A stretch of DNA of 64,000 nucleotides from NCBI GenBank assembly GCA_002389045.1, contig DGNS01000009.1, forward strand, positions 381,975-445,974, given 5' to 3'. This document shows, piece after piece, positions 1-9,817 of the stretch. A model generated the notes under the pieces. It searched no databases. It saw nothing but the letters and a program-made list of their open reading frames with translations, and was not told where the DNA came from. The DNA comes from Thiotrichaceae bacterium UBA4486 (GTDB lineage: Bacteria; Pseudomonadota; Gammaproteobacteria; Eutrophobiales; Eutrophobiaceae). The translations under genes were made by a program, and so were the position numbers. Numbering within the stretch: position 1 is the first letter of the stretch; each line of letters opens with the position of its first letter.

Positions 1-511
1 TCGACCCACTACCGGCAGCTACACGTTGAATGATCACGATGTGACCGGCCTCGCCGACGAAGAACTGGCGACGATACGCCGCGAGAACATCGGTTTTGTA
101 TTCCAGTTCTTTCATTTGATACCGCGACTGACGGCGAGTGAAAATATCGCCATACCCCTGATCCTGGCCGGCCTCGCAGCGCCGGAAAGAAACCAGCGGG
201 TTGCAGCCGCACTGAACGTATTCGGCCTTGAAAAACGCGGCGATCACCGGCCGGATCAGCTTTCCGGTGGTGAACGCCAGCGGGTGGCCATTGCCCGTGC
301 CACCATCATGCAACCTGCCGTGATCCTCGCCGACGAACCGACCGGCAACCTTGACCAGACGACCGGCAAACAGGTGATCAGCCTGCTGGAAAAACTCAAT
401 GGCGATAATGTCACCCTGATCATCGTCACTCACGATGCTGATATCGGTAAACGGGCACAGCGCCGGTTAAGACTGGTCGATGGCCGTATCGCCGAAGACA
501 AGCAGGGCTGA
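1..511 (+). CDS. ABC transporter ATP-binding protein (LolD/MacB-type), 5' end cut by window edge
   Basis: ABC signature [14 protein letters not shown], Walker [13 protein letters not shown]-loop VTHD; Walker A must lie upstream of the window; stop TGA 509-511 directly precedes the next gene. Confidence 0.85.
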   Translation, partial: RPTTGSYTLNDHDVTGLADEELATIRRENIGFVFQFFHLIPRLTASENIAIPLILAGLAAPERNQRVAAALNVFGLEKRGDHRPDQLSGGERQRVAIARATIMQPAVILADEPTGNLDQTTGKQVISLLEKLNGDNVTLIIVTHDADIGKRAQRRLRLVDGRIAEDKQG

Positions 512-513
512 CC

Positions 514-1719
514 ATGCGCTACGCCGATAATATCAATCTTGCCTTCAGGGCGATCACAGCCCACCGCCTGCGAACGCTGTTGATCCTGATCGGCATCGGC
601 ATCGGTGTCAGTTCCGTCATCCTGTTGACGGCACTGGGTGACAGCGCCCGCCGTTACGTTACCGGCGAATTTGCAGCGCTGGGCACGAACCTGCTCATCG
701 TTCTGCCCGGTCGCTCGGAAACCACCGGCGGCCCGCCGCCGTTGATGGGCGAAACACCGAGAGACCTGACCATCGATGATGCGCTGGCATTGTTACGTTC
801 GCACAACATCAGGTACGTTGCGCCGATTACCGTGGGCTCGGCACCGATTAACTGGCGTGGCAGGGAACGCGAGGTGAATATCCTCGGCACCACGGCATCG
901 ATGCAGAAAGTCCGCCATCTCGAACTATCGCAAGGCCGTTTCCTGCCGGATACGGATCCGCGACAGGCCGCACCGGTATGTGTCATCGGTGAAAAAATCC
1001 GCAGCGAACTGTTCGGACCGGAACGATCCCTGGGTGAATGGTTGCGCATGGGCGATCGCCGCTGCCGCATCATCGGCGTAACCCGATCCACCGGCGTATC
1101 CATTGGTGTGGATATGGACGATGTGGTGATGATTCCGGTTGCCTCGGCCAGAATACTATTTGATTCGCCGGGCCTGTTCCGGGTGCTGATCGAGGCAAAA
1201 ACACCCGCGGCCATGCAGGCAGCCAGTGAAGACATTCGCAACATCATTCGTCAACGGCATGAAGGTGAAGATGACATCACCATCATCACCCAGGACAGTA
1301 TCATTGCCACCTTCGACAGGATCCTCAATGCGCTGACGCTGGGCATCGCCGGTATCGGCGCCATCAGCCTGGCCGTTGCCGGGATCCTGATCATGAACGT
1401 GATGCTGGTCTCGGTCGCCCAGCGCCGCGCCGAGATCGGTTTGCTCAAGGCCGTCGGCGCACCCGCCCGTACCATCCTGCGCCTGTTCATAACCGAGGCG
1501 CTGATGCTGTCGCTGTTCGGCGCGGTTGCCGGTGTATTACTGGGACTGGGTGCGGTGGAACTCCTGCAACGCCTGTATCCGGACATTCCCTTTGTCGCGC
1601 CACTCTGGGGAGTTCTCGCCGCCGGCGGCATCGCGCTGATCACGGGCCTGCTCTTCGGTGTATTGCCGGCCAGACGCGCGGCGCGAATGGATCCCATACA
1701 GGCGCTGGCCAGGCACTGA
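514..1719 (+). CDS. ABC transporter permease, FtsX/MacB family (LolC/E-like)
   Basis: 401 aa; N-terminal TM, large periplasmic domain, three C-terminal TMs typical of FtsX; start 2 nt after the ATPase stop. Confidence 0.85.
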   Translation: MRYADNINLAFRAITAHRLRTLLILIGIGIGVSSVILLTALGDSARRYVTGEFAALGTNLLIVLPGRSETTGGPPPLMGETPRDLTIDDALALLRSHNIRYVAPITVGSAPINWRGREREVNILGTTASMQKVRHLELSQGRFLPDTDPRQAAPVCVIGEKIRSELFGPERSLGEWLRMGDRRCRIIGVTRSTGVSIGVDMDDVVMIPVASARILFDSPGLFRVLIEAKTPAAMQAASEDIRNIIRQRHEGEDDITIITQDSIIATFDRILNALTLGIAGIGAISLAVAGILIMNVMLVSVAQRRAEIGLLKAVGAPARTILRLFITEALMLSLFGAVAGVLLGLGAVELLQRLYPDIPFVAPLWGVLAAGGIALITGLLFGVLPARRAARMDPIQALARH

Positions 1720-1722
1720 ATC

Positions 1723-2922
1723 ATGCGCACGCGCGACCTGCTAACACTGTCCGTCGGCGCGGTACTGGCGTACCGTCTGCGATCCGCGTTGACCGTACTC
1801 GGCATACTCGTCGGTATCGGTTCAGTGGTCCTGCTGACGTCCATCGGTGAGGGCGTACGGGTGTTCGTCGTCAACGAATTCACCCAGTTCGGCACCAACA
1901 TTATTGCGGTGGTACCGGGCAAAACGGAAACCTTCGGAATATCCGGCGCCACCATCAGTACCGTAAGGCCCCTGACCATTGACGATCTGCAAGCACTGTC
2001 CCGCATCGACAACGTCATTACCGCCGTGCCGGTCGTGCAGGGTAATGCCAGTGTCGAATACGGATCACGCGCACGCCGTACCGTGGTGCTGGGCGTTAAT
2101 TCCGGTGTCCCCGAAACCTGGAAGATGCCGGTGGGCAGCGGCCGCTTTTTACCCGCGGACAACATGCGGGCTTCACGCGCCTTTGCCGTACTCGGATCGA
2201 AACTGCGCGATGAGTTGTTCGGCAATCGCAATCCACTGGGAGAACGTATCCGTGTAGGTGGCAACCGTTACCGTGTTATCGGGGTCATGGCCTCGAAGGG
2301 ACAGATGCTCGGTTTCGATCTGGACGACACCATATACCTGCCCGTCGACAAGACACTGGAGATGTTCAACCGTGAAAGTCTGATGGAAATCGATATTCTT
2401 TATAAAGCCGGAACCTCCGTTGAGGTCATTCAGGATGACATCCGCCGCGTGCTTGTCGCCCGGCACGGCGATGAAGACTTCACACTGATCACGCAGGACA
2501 AGATGCTGGACGTACTCGGCTCCATTCTCGATATCCTGACACTGGGCGTGGCCGCCATTGGCGGTATCTCGCTACTGGTCGGCGCGGTGGGGATCCTGAC
2601 CATCATGACCATCTCGGTCACGGAAAGAACATCGGAAGTCGGCCTGCTGCGCGCATTGGGCGCAAGGCGCGGACATATATTGCAGTTGTTCCTTGCCGAG
2701 GCCGTGGTGCTGAGCCTGGCCGGCGGCATGCTCGGTGTTGGATCCGCCGTCGCCCTGATCTGGACAGTGCAACTGCTGCTGCCCTCATTACCGGTCGCCA
2801 TTGCCTGGAGTTATGTGGGCATCGCCCTGCTGCTGGCCCTGATCATCGGTCTCGTCACCGGCATTATTCCGGCCCGGCGCGCCGCCGCGATGCAACCGCT
2901 GGACGCGCTGCGCACGGAATGA
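1723..2922 (+). CDS. ABC transporter permease, FtsX/MacB family (second paralogous permease)
   Basis: 399 aa, same architecture and clear paralogy to the previous ORF; ATG 3 nt after the upstream stop. Confidence 0.85.
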   Translation: MRTRDLLTLSVGAVLAYRLRSALTVLGILVGIGSVVLLTSIGEGVRVFVVNEFTQFGTNIIAVVPGKTETFGISGATISTVRPLTIDDLQALSRIDNVITAVPVVQGNASVEYGSRARRTVVLGVNSGVPETWKMPVGSGRFLPADNMRASRAFAVLGSKLRDELFGNRNPLGERIRVGGNRYRVIGVMASKGQMLGFDLDDTIYLPVDKTLEMFNRESLMEIDILYKAGTSVEVIQDDIRRVLVARHGDEDFTLITQDKMLDVLGSILDILTLGVAAIGGISLLVGAVGILTIMTISVTERTSEVGLLRALGARRGHILQLFLAEAVVLSLAGGMLGVGSAVALIWTVQLLLPSLPVAIAWSYVGIALLLALIIGLVTGIIPARRAAAMQPLDALRTE

Positions 2923-3015
2923 CTCGCAAAGGGGTTCGATCGATTCCCCATGCCGGGCAGGATAGAATTAACGGGGGATCTTACCCACCCGGATCAGCAC
3001 CGGATACTGTTTATT

Positions 3016-5103
3016 TCATCCGGACAAAACCCGGTTGCGGCCCGCGTTCTTGGCTTCATACAACAACTTGTCTGCGCGTTTCAGCGTGTTCTCGAGGCTT
3101 GCGTCGGAATCGGAATTAAACAGTGTTACACCGAAGCTTGAGGTAAAACGAATTTCTCCTTCATCGTGTTTCACTACACTGGCTTCGAAAAAACTGCGCA
3201 GAGACCCGGCAAAAGATATGGCATCTTCCAAACCGGTTTCCGGCAACAAAAACACGAATTCTTCACCGCCTATGCGTGCACAAATGTCGCTGATACGCTG
3301 CCGTTCCCTGCAGACAGCAGCCAGATAGCGGAGGACTGCGTCGCCGGCATCGTGACCGTATGTATCATTGATTGCCTTGAAATGATCGATATCAAAATAA
3401 ATCACTGACAATTCACGGCCATAACGCCGTGCGCGCTGAATTTCCTCCTCACCGCGCCTGAACAATTCCTTTCTGTTTATCAATTCGGTCAAGGCGTCTG
3501 TAGTCGCTTCATAGCGCAATTCCTGCTCGGCAATACGGCGAAACTCCAGTGCACGCACCTCGATCAGGATTTTTCGTATTTCAGCAGCGACAATGTATTC
3601 ACGGCTGTTAAAGGGCTTGCTTTTCCCACGGATTGTCTCTTTCCATGATTCAAACGAGGCGCGTGGGGTCAAGGGCCGCATGGCCGCGGTATCTTCATTC
3701 GACAATCTGGAAGGCTCACCACCCCAGGTTATGGTTTTCAGGTATTCAGCCCTGCCAAAACACAGGTAATCTTTCTCATCCAGATTGATGATAATACCGC
3801 CTGTAAGATACTCCAGCTGGTCATCGGGTAGATTCCAGAGTTGCCCCAGCTGATCCGAAATATAGACAGTATGCTGCATGGCCTCATGATCCGGTGCCAG
3901 AAAGAAACTTCCAGCATGTTTGGGTTCGGTGATGTATTCATCCCCGAATTTCAGAAACAGGCTGTCAGCCTCGAGCAGCGTCATGAGTGTCTGCGCATGA
4001 TGCCTGAAAGCAGTTATAAATCTCTGACCTTTTATGATTTCCCGGGTAAATTCTTCAAGAGCATGTTGTGTCTCATTCTCTAGCAGCACCCTGGACGACG
4101 AACTTAATCTTGCCAGGTGTGAACTTATGGCAACACTCAGGCTCTGGCAGGCCGCACGGGCATGAATCGATACCGTTCTGGCTGCACGGTGATGGCACGC
4201 AATCAAGGCCACCAGTTTCCCTTCAATAACTATGGATATTGAAAGACTGGCCTGTACATTCATATTGCGCAGGTACTGTATATGTACGGGAGCAATACTT
4301 CTGAAAGTGGCATAGGTCAGGTCGGGGCTGCGCCCGTTCAGCGGGTTTTTTTCCGGCTCGATCGGTACAGGTTCAGCATCGATATCAAAGATAAACCGCA
4401 AGGGATTTTTAAGATAGAGTTCACGTGCACGGGCGGGTATATCGGCAGCCGGAAACCTGTGTTCAAGGTAGGATTTGACGGAATTGTCAGCCACTGCCTC
4501 GTTGGTAACGATCCCTGTGCCGTCGCTGTCAAACCGGTAATACATTACCCGGTCATATTGTGTTAGTGCCTGTATTTCAACAACGGCCTGTTGCAGCAAT
4601 TCGTTTTCTGTCTCAACCTGGCCCAACCGGACCAGCGCGGACAGTAATCCATGATGGGCAGTAACCGGATTCAGGTACTCAGTCTCATAGCGTTCGAATT
4701 CAAGCATGATTGCCCCGGAATTTTTATGTGCCGTTATAATCAACTCGTGATTCAAACCTTTATCATCGGTGATATTCACAAGTAATGGCTCATGCATATT
4801 CGGAAACGAGGGTGCCAGATCAACACTGTAAACCAGGGACGCCTGTTCCTCGCCGAGTAATTCATCCAGCTTTCTGCCGAGTAAATCATTCGCTGAAAAG
4901 CCGGTGTAATTTTCGATATTGATGCTGACCTGCAGGATTTTCCCCGTTGCTTCATCTGCGACAAGCAGGGCGCCAAACGGTTGTATACTACCGGGCATAT
5001 GGATGGGTTCGTTTTCACAACCCTCGTAGAGAGCAACACGTGGATCATGTTCATCTGTTGTGAACTGGTTATTCACGGGCGAGGTACTCGTAAAAGCAAT
5101 CAA
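3016..5103 (-). CDS. bphP: bacteriophytochrome photoreceptor with C-terminal GGDEF diguanylate cyclase domain (PAS-GAF-PHY-GGDEF)
   Basis: N-terminal EGCENEPIHMPGSIQPFGALL (biliverdin-binding Cys + EPIH motif), HRFPAADIPARARELY, MHIQYLRNM...ACHH GAF motifs; C-terminus has I-site RISD and an intact GGEEF. Start is non-ATG (TTG at 5103 or GTG at 5076). Confidence 0.85.
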   Translation of the reverse strand: MIAFTSTSPVNNQFTTDEHDPRVALYEGCENEPIHMPGSIQPFGALLVADEATGKILQVSINIENYTGFSANDLLGRKLDELLGEEQASLVYSVDLAPSFPNMHEPLLVNITDDKGLNHELIITAHKNSGAIMLEFERYETEYLNPVTAHHGLLSALVRLGQVETENELLQQAVVEIQALTQYDRVMYYRFDSDGTGIVTNEAVADNSVKSYLEHRFPAADIPARARELYLKNPLRFIFDIDAEPVPIEPEKNPLNGRSPDLTYATFRSIAPVHIQYLRNMNVQASLSISIVIEGKLVALIACHHRAARTVSIHARAACQSLSVAISSHLARLSSSSRVLLENETQHALEEFTREIIKGQRFITAFRHHAQTLMTLLEADSLFLKFGDEYITEPKHAGSFFLAPDHEAMQHTVYISDQLGQLWNLPDDQLEYLTGGIIINLDEKDYLCFGRAEYLKTITWGGEPSRLSNEDTAAMRPLTPRASFESWKETIRGKSKPFNSREYIVAAEIRKILIEVRALEFRRIAEQELRYEATTDALTELINRKELFRRGEEEIQRARRYGRELSVIYFDIDHFKAINDTYGHDAGDAVLRYLAAVCRERQRISDICARIGGEEFVFLLPETGLEDAISFAGSLRSFFEASVVKHDEGEIRFTSSFGVTLFNSDSDASLENTLKRADKLLYEAKNAGRNRVLSG

Positions 5104-5692
5104 ATGTGGCTGCAGCCCCGGATACAGCCTCGTTTATCAATGGTTGTGAACTGCAAAAGGCTTCCGCCCTGCGGCAAAACTGGTTCCAGCTTTTTCCCTG
5201 ATCACTATCCGCGCCGGTGAGAAATCGCAGTCCTGTATCAACTGTCAAATCCAGGGTTTTTGCCAGATGCCCGGCCATGACCCGTCCACCATGCCTGGAA
5301 CCTTCGAGTACATAAAGGCAGCCGACTTCAGCCGCGTCGGAATTAAATAACGGCAACGGTGCCGGGGATTCAGCGACAGGGATGTCCGCCTTCAATACGC
5401 AAAGGTCCGATTCCAGTTCCGCGCTGCGGATCCGGTAACCAAGATTGACCGTCATGGTTCGTCCCGGTTGCGTCAGTAAGTCTTCCAGGGGGCGGTAAAT
5501 TGACAGAAATATCTGCAAAAGCCTGATGTATTCAGTGCGGGTATAATTCTGCCTGAAAATACGCTGCATGGCCGGCAACGATTCCAGCCGTTGATGCCGG
5601 CTACGTGTATCGGCGCGAAGCTGTGTCAGTAAGGCCACGTTAACCAATGTTGTTACTGGCGGTCTCCCGGGTTTTCTCACGGCCATGCGCAT
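5069..5692 (-). CDS. bphO: heme oxygenase (biliverdin-producing, BphO-type)
   Basis: LTQLRADTRSRHQRLE heme-oxygenase N-terminal motif; immediately upstream of bphP on the same strand, overlapping its start. Confidence 0.75.
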   Translation of the reverse strand: MRMAVRKPGRPPVTTLVNVALLTQLRADTRSRHQRLESLPAMQRIFRQNYTRTEYIRLLQIFLSIYRPLEDLLTQPGRTMTVNLGYRIRSAELESDLCVLKADIPVAESPAPLPLFNSDAAEVGCLYVLEGSRHGGRVMAGHLAKTLDLTVDTGLRFLTGADSDQGKSWNQFCRRAEAFCSSQPLINEAVSGAAATFDCFYEYLARE

Positions 5693-6087
5693 GATGATAA
5701 GAGCCTGACTTCACATATATTTACCTGATACTAATGTGATATCGGAACGTTTTTTCCGAATACTTGATGTTAACGATACGCCTTTATTCCGGTAATTCAA
5801 CTCACTTCCCGGGCGTCGTAACCGGACAGGGAGCGATTGTCCGGATCCTCTGAATCGGTGGATATATCACGCCCATTCACTCCTGTAGTCAGCGTAGGAA
5901 TTATGAACGTGTACGCCGGCTGGGTTGACGCCCGTAATAAGGTTCGGGAAAAGCCGGCATGCAGTGAAGACTGTATCAAGGATTCCAGCAAGAACCCGGG
6001 GGGAATAAAAAAACAGCAATGAGGGTACAACAGATCGTGTTCGTGAACCGCTGGAAGACACTGATTACAAAACTTTACAGCACCGTA

Positions 6088-7016
6088 CTACCGGAAGGCC
6101 TTGACATTGATCGTTTCATCCGTGTTTTTCAGCGCCCCAACGTGACCGGCCAGGAAAGCAGCCGAGTGATCAGCACCCATGTATTTATTCAGCATGCTGC
6201 GCCGGGTATTGCGCAGATCCACGAAGATCAATCCATCAACGACGTCGGCGAACTCCGGGTCGATGTTGAATCCGACAAAACGTCCGCCGAGTTTCAGGTA
6301 CTGCCTGACCAGTATGGGCACACCCTTGTTGTCCTTTTCCAGCGCTGAAACAATATCGGATACGAGGTTCAGATCGTCAATGGCGTCCAGGTCCTGCTTG
6401 TGCCAGGCCTGTTGTCCACCGCTGCGCCAGGGTCGGCGGGCCTTGACGTAAGGCGACAGCGTGGGCTCGAAATTGTGCAAACTCAGACAATCCACCAGCA
6501 GGTGCCTTGAGACAAGACCGTACTCCTTGCTGATACTGACCGGTCCGAACAGTACAGGACAGGTTGGATGTTTCGCCACGAATACACCGATACCCCGCCA
6601 GAGCAGGTTCAGTGCGAGGAAACTTTTTTGATACTCACAGCGAACGAAGGAACGGCCGACTTCGATAGCCCGATCCAGCAGCGGCAGGATCCCACGCTTG
6701 AATTTGAATAACGAGCAGGTATACAGCCCCTTGCGACCATAATGCTGCAGGATCTCGTGAACAAGGCCGAGACGGTAGGCGCCCACCAGTTCCTGTTGCT
6801 CACAGTTCCATAAAAACAGTGGTGATAGTATGAATCAAACAAATCCAGATCCATACTTCTGCCCGTATCCTCACCGGCCTGCCGGAACGTCAACTCGCGC
6901 AGGCGGCCGATCTCCTGCAGGACCATGGGAGTATCGGCAGTGCGGGCGAGATAAACCTCATATTCGCCGGTTTCGATCAGACGCTGTGGTGGCGACAGTA
7001 CCCCGATTTCAGCCAT
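6088..7016 (-). pseudogene. OlsB-like (COG3176, GNAT-type) N-acyltransferase, reading frame split in two (-1 frameshift at an A5/T5 run near 6813-6817)
   Basis: N-terminal 55 aa (YEVYLARTADTP...LRELTFRQAGEDTG, DLDLFD) are in ORF 6609-7016. The remainder (VGAYRL...LYTCSLFKFKRG...LELGRSFVR...YQKS...LLWRGI) is in ORF 6088-6786, in a different frame. The join maps to a homopolymer run. Could instead be a sequencing error, making it an intact ~300 aa CDS. Confidence 0.55.
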
Positions 7017-7523
7017 TAATTAATTAACGGAAATCGCGGCAATGATTTTTTTGCCGGCATGGCTTGCAGAGATGCGTTGCTGGCTGCAGCCTGATTCGAC
7101 CCCGTGTATCCCAGTGCGTTGATAACTGGTACGAACTCATTCTGGTGGTTGCGGGTTTTGCCATTCTGCGGCTATTCAATCTGAACACGTTGTATCTGGT
7201 TATGGTGTTTGTTGTGATCGGTATCGGTATGACAACGATCATTCAGGACTCGGGTCGTATGGATTGAGAAAACTTTACATATCCTGATTTCATACCTCAG
7301 TCATTTTTCCTTGTAAAAACAATCTGTTAGCACCTAATGCACTATTCCGGTGCGTTGCGATAATCTCGCCTATCGTCGAAAAGCTTTACAGTCTGTACAC
7401 CCACTCCAGATATAAGCAAGTAATTCATATTATTAATCAATAAGTTATAAAACTGTCACGGTTATTGCACTAAATTGATTCAACGATTCAGTTAAAACTT
7501 CATCTACACGGAGTAAAAGAACA

Positions 7524-8222
7524 ATGAAGACATTCAATACCCTGTTGTTGCAGTGCTTGTTGCTCATCGCAGCGCCGGTTTCTGCACAAGTTCTGGATTT
7601 CAAGGCCATTGCCAACACCAATGAACGTGGCTACTCATCCATCAATCTCGATTCAACACCCGGATTTGATATCAATCTCGATGTCGACATTTTCGGTAAG
7701 TATTCAAACAGTACCGGTGTTCTCGATGCCTATGCCTACATGGACAAGGGTAATGCCGGTCTTGGTGTCTGCAAGGCGCTGACCAGCAGCAACCAGTGCA
7801 CACCTTCCAGCGACGATAACGTCACCGGTGACTCAACATATTATGAATATCTCGTCTTCGTATTCAACGAGGCCGTCACCATTTCCAAACTGTGGTTCAA
7901 TAACAACCATGACCCGGACAGACACCTTGACGGCGACACGATCACCATTGGCGGTAGTGACGTCACATTTGCCTATACCGATATCGATCCGAGCCGCAGT
8001 TCCGGCATTAGCAGCAGTAACAATGACTATCTGTATAATTCCGTGCTCTCTTTTGTGGCCGGTGAATCACTGATCATTTCGTATTATTCCGGTACAGATT
8101 TGCGGGCGGACGAATTCTACCTCAGTGCCATGGATATCACGGCCGTTCCCGAACCTGGCGCGCTGGCATTACTGGGTCTGGGTCTGATAACGCTGGGGAT
8201 GTCGCGCAGGCGCCGTACCTGA
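7524..8222 (+). CDS. PEP-CTERM sorting-domain protein (exosortase substrate), secreted
   Basis: N-terminal signal peptide (LLLQCLLLIAAPVSAQ); C-terminal VPEPGALALLGLGLITLGMSRRRRT = PEP motif + TM + Arg cluster; RBS GGAG upstream. Confidence 0.85.
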   Translation: MKTFNTLLLQCLLLIAAPVSAQVLDFKAIANTNERGYSSINLDSTPGFDINLDVDIFGKYSNSTGVLDAYAYMDKGNAGLGVCKALTSSNQCTPSSDDNVTGDSTYYEYLVFVFNEAVTISKLWFNNNHDPDRHLDGDTITIGGSDVTFAYTDIDPSRSSGISSSNNDYLYNSVLSFVAGESLIISYYSGTDLRADEFYLSAMDITAVPEPGALALLGLGLITLGMSRRRRT

Positions 8223-8245
8223 ACTTTCTCAACATTACCTACCAG

Positions 8246-8275
8246 TAAAAAAGCCGCTTCAAGCGGCTTTTTTAT
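8246..8275 (+). terminator. rho-independent terminator after the PEP-CTERM gene
   Basis: aaaaAGCCGCTTcaAAGCGGCTtttttatt: GC hairpin followed by T-run. Confidence 0.7.
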
Positions 8276-8305
8276 TCTGGTCGAGTCAACCTGTTCTGTG
8301 TCCTG

Positions 8306-8765
8306 CTAGCGGTAATTGACTATTTGTTGATCCATCCTGCCGGGGGTACCCAGTCCGGCCAGAAACCGCATCGCGTTTTCCTGCCCCATGTATTTATCCA
8401 GAACCGTGCGGTACGTCTTGCGCAGGTCAACAAAGATCAAGCCATCCACGACCTCACTGAAATCGGGATCAACGTTAAAAGCGACAAAACGTCCTCTCAG
8501 TTTCAGGTACTGTTTCACCAGTACCGGGACACCCTTGTTGTCTTTCTCCAGTTCCTGCTTCAGCCAGGCAACCTGACCATGACGTTTGTATGGATTACGT
8601 GGCCTGACCAGACAGGATAATGAGGATTCAAAGTTGTTTATGCTCAGGCAGTCCACCAGCAAATGTCGTGAAACAGTCTCATAGTCCTTGCTGATGCTGA
8701 CCGGACCAAACAGGATGGGACAGGTTCCGTTACCGTGCCTGCCAATGCGCCATAAAGTGCAAACG
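8306..8765 (-). pseudogene. 5'-truncated remnant of a second OlsB-like N-acyltransferase paralog (C-terminal ~150 aa only)
   Basis: Translation ...CPILFGPVSISKDYETVSRHLLVDCLSINNFE...VPVLVKQYLKLRGRFVAFNVDPDFSEVVDGLIFVDL aligns with the C-terminal half of the 6088-7016 gene (about 75% nt identity). The frame hits a stop at ~8763 just where the GT4 gene ends, so there is no N-terminal half. Confidence 0.55.
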
Positions 8766-8773
8766 GGGTTTGA

Positions 8774-9817
8774 TCAGCCGGTTGCACAGGCGTCACTGAT
8801 CGATTGCGGATCCGGGTGAGGATTCACAGGGGCGAGATGCTGCAGGAAGCACTCAGCGGAAGCGCGCCAGCAAAACGTTCTTGCATAGACCACGCAATCA
8901 TCGCGATTGAGTTGCAATGCGCCTTCCACCGCCGCCTTCAGGTCTTCGTCGAGTATGCCGGTCACGCCCTGTTTGACGACATCAATGGGCCCGGTGACCG
9001 GGTAGGCCGCCACCGGCAGTCCGCAGGCCATGGCTTCGAGCAGAACGATACCAAAGGTATCGGTACGGCTCGGAAACACAAATACATCGCAGGCTGCGAG
9101 CATGGCAGCAAGTTCTTCACCGAATTTAAAGCCGGTGAAAATCACATCCGGGTAGGCGGACTTCAATTTGTCGAGGTCCGGGCCATCACCGATCACCAGC
9201 CGGGTACCGGGCAATTCGAGATCCAGGAATGCCTCGATGTTTTTTTCCACGGCGACGCGACCCAGGTACACGGAGATCGGGCGTTTGTGATCGAAAATAT
9301 TCCGGGGTCCCGGTTTGAACAATGCGGCATCGACGCCACGTGACCAGACGATCACATTTTCAAAACCACGGTTAATCAGTGTGCCACGCATATACTGACT
9401 CGGCACCATGGTTCTCACCGCGGGCTGATGAAACCTGCGCACCATGGCGTAGCCCAGAGACAATGGCAACGGAACCCGGGCGCGGAAGTATTCGGGAAAC
9501 TGCGTGTGGTAGGAGGTGGTAAACGGCAGCTGGTTTTGTAAACAGTATTTACGCGCCGCCTGACCCAGCGGGCCTTCCGTGGCGACATGAATAGCGTCGG
9601 GGTTGATGCATTCAAGGCGCGCGCGTACGCCCCGGTACGGCATGACAGCCAGGCGTATCGATGGATAGGTCGGGCAGGGAATGGTGTGAAATTCGCCGGG
9701 ATGGATGAATTGAACATCATGGCCAAGTAATTGCAATTCACGCTGCATGTATTCGTAGGTGCGGACAACACCATTGACCTGGGGTCGCCAGGCGTCGGTA
9801 ACCACAACAATCTTCAT
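8774..9817 (-). CDS. glycosyltransferase family 4 (GT-B, 'group 1')
   Basis: MKIVVVTDAWRPQVNGV N-terminus, EGPLG and GRVAVEKNIE (E-x7-E) motifs; start overlaps the upstream gene's stop (ATGA). Confidence 0.8.
   Translation of the reverse strand: MKIVVVTDAWRPQVNGVVRTYEYMQRELQLLGHDVQFIHPGEFHTIPCPTYPSIRLAVMPYRGVRARLECINPDAIHVATEGPLGQAARKYCLQNQLPFTTSYHTQFPEYFRARVPLPLSLGYAMVRRFHQPAVRTMVPSQYMRGTLINRGFENVIVWSRGVDAALFKPGPRNIFDHKRPISVYLGRVAVEKNIEAFLDLELPGTRLVIGDGPDLDKLKSAYPDVIFTGFKFGEELAAMLAACDVFVFPSRTDTFGIVLLEAMACGLPVAAYPVTGPIDVVKQGVTGILDEDLKAAVEGALQLNRDDCVVYARTFCWRASAECFLQHLAPVNPHPDPQSISDACATG

Noticed and set aside
654-2801. Long antisense ORFs (654-1247, 1251-2264, 2430-2801) opposite the ABC permease genes
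   Set aside because: Shadow ORFs of the real genes on the opposite strand, in high-GC coding sequence. The permease ORFs have clear family signatures; these have Ser/Arg/Pro-rich low-complexity translations.
7064-7267. 67-aa hydrophobic small ORF in the OlsB-like/PEP-CTERM intergenic region
   Set aside because: No RBS. It lies within the promoter region next to a TTAATTAATTAA palindrome. It could be a real small membrane protein but the evidence is insufficient.
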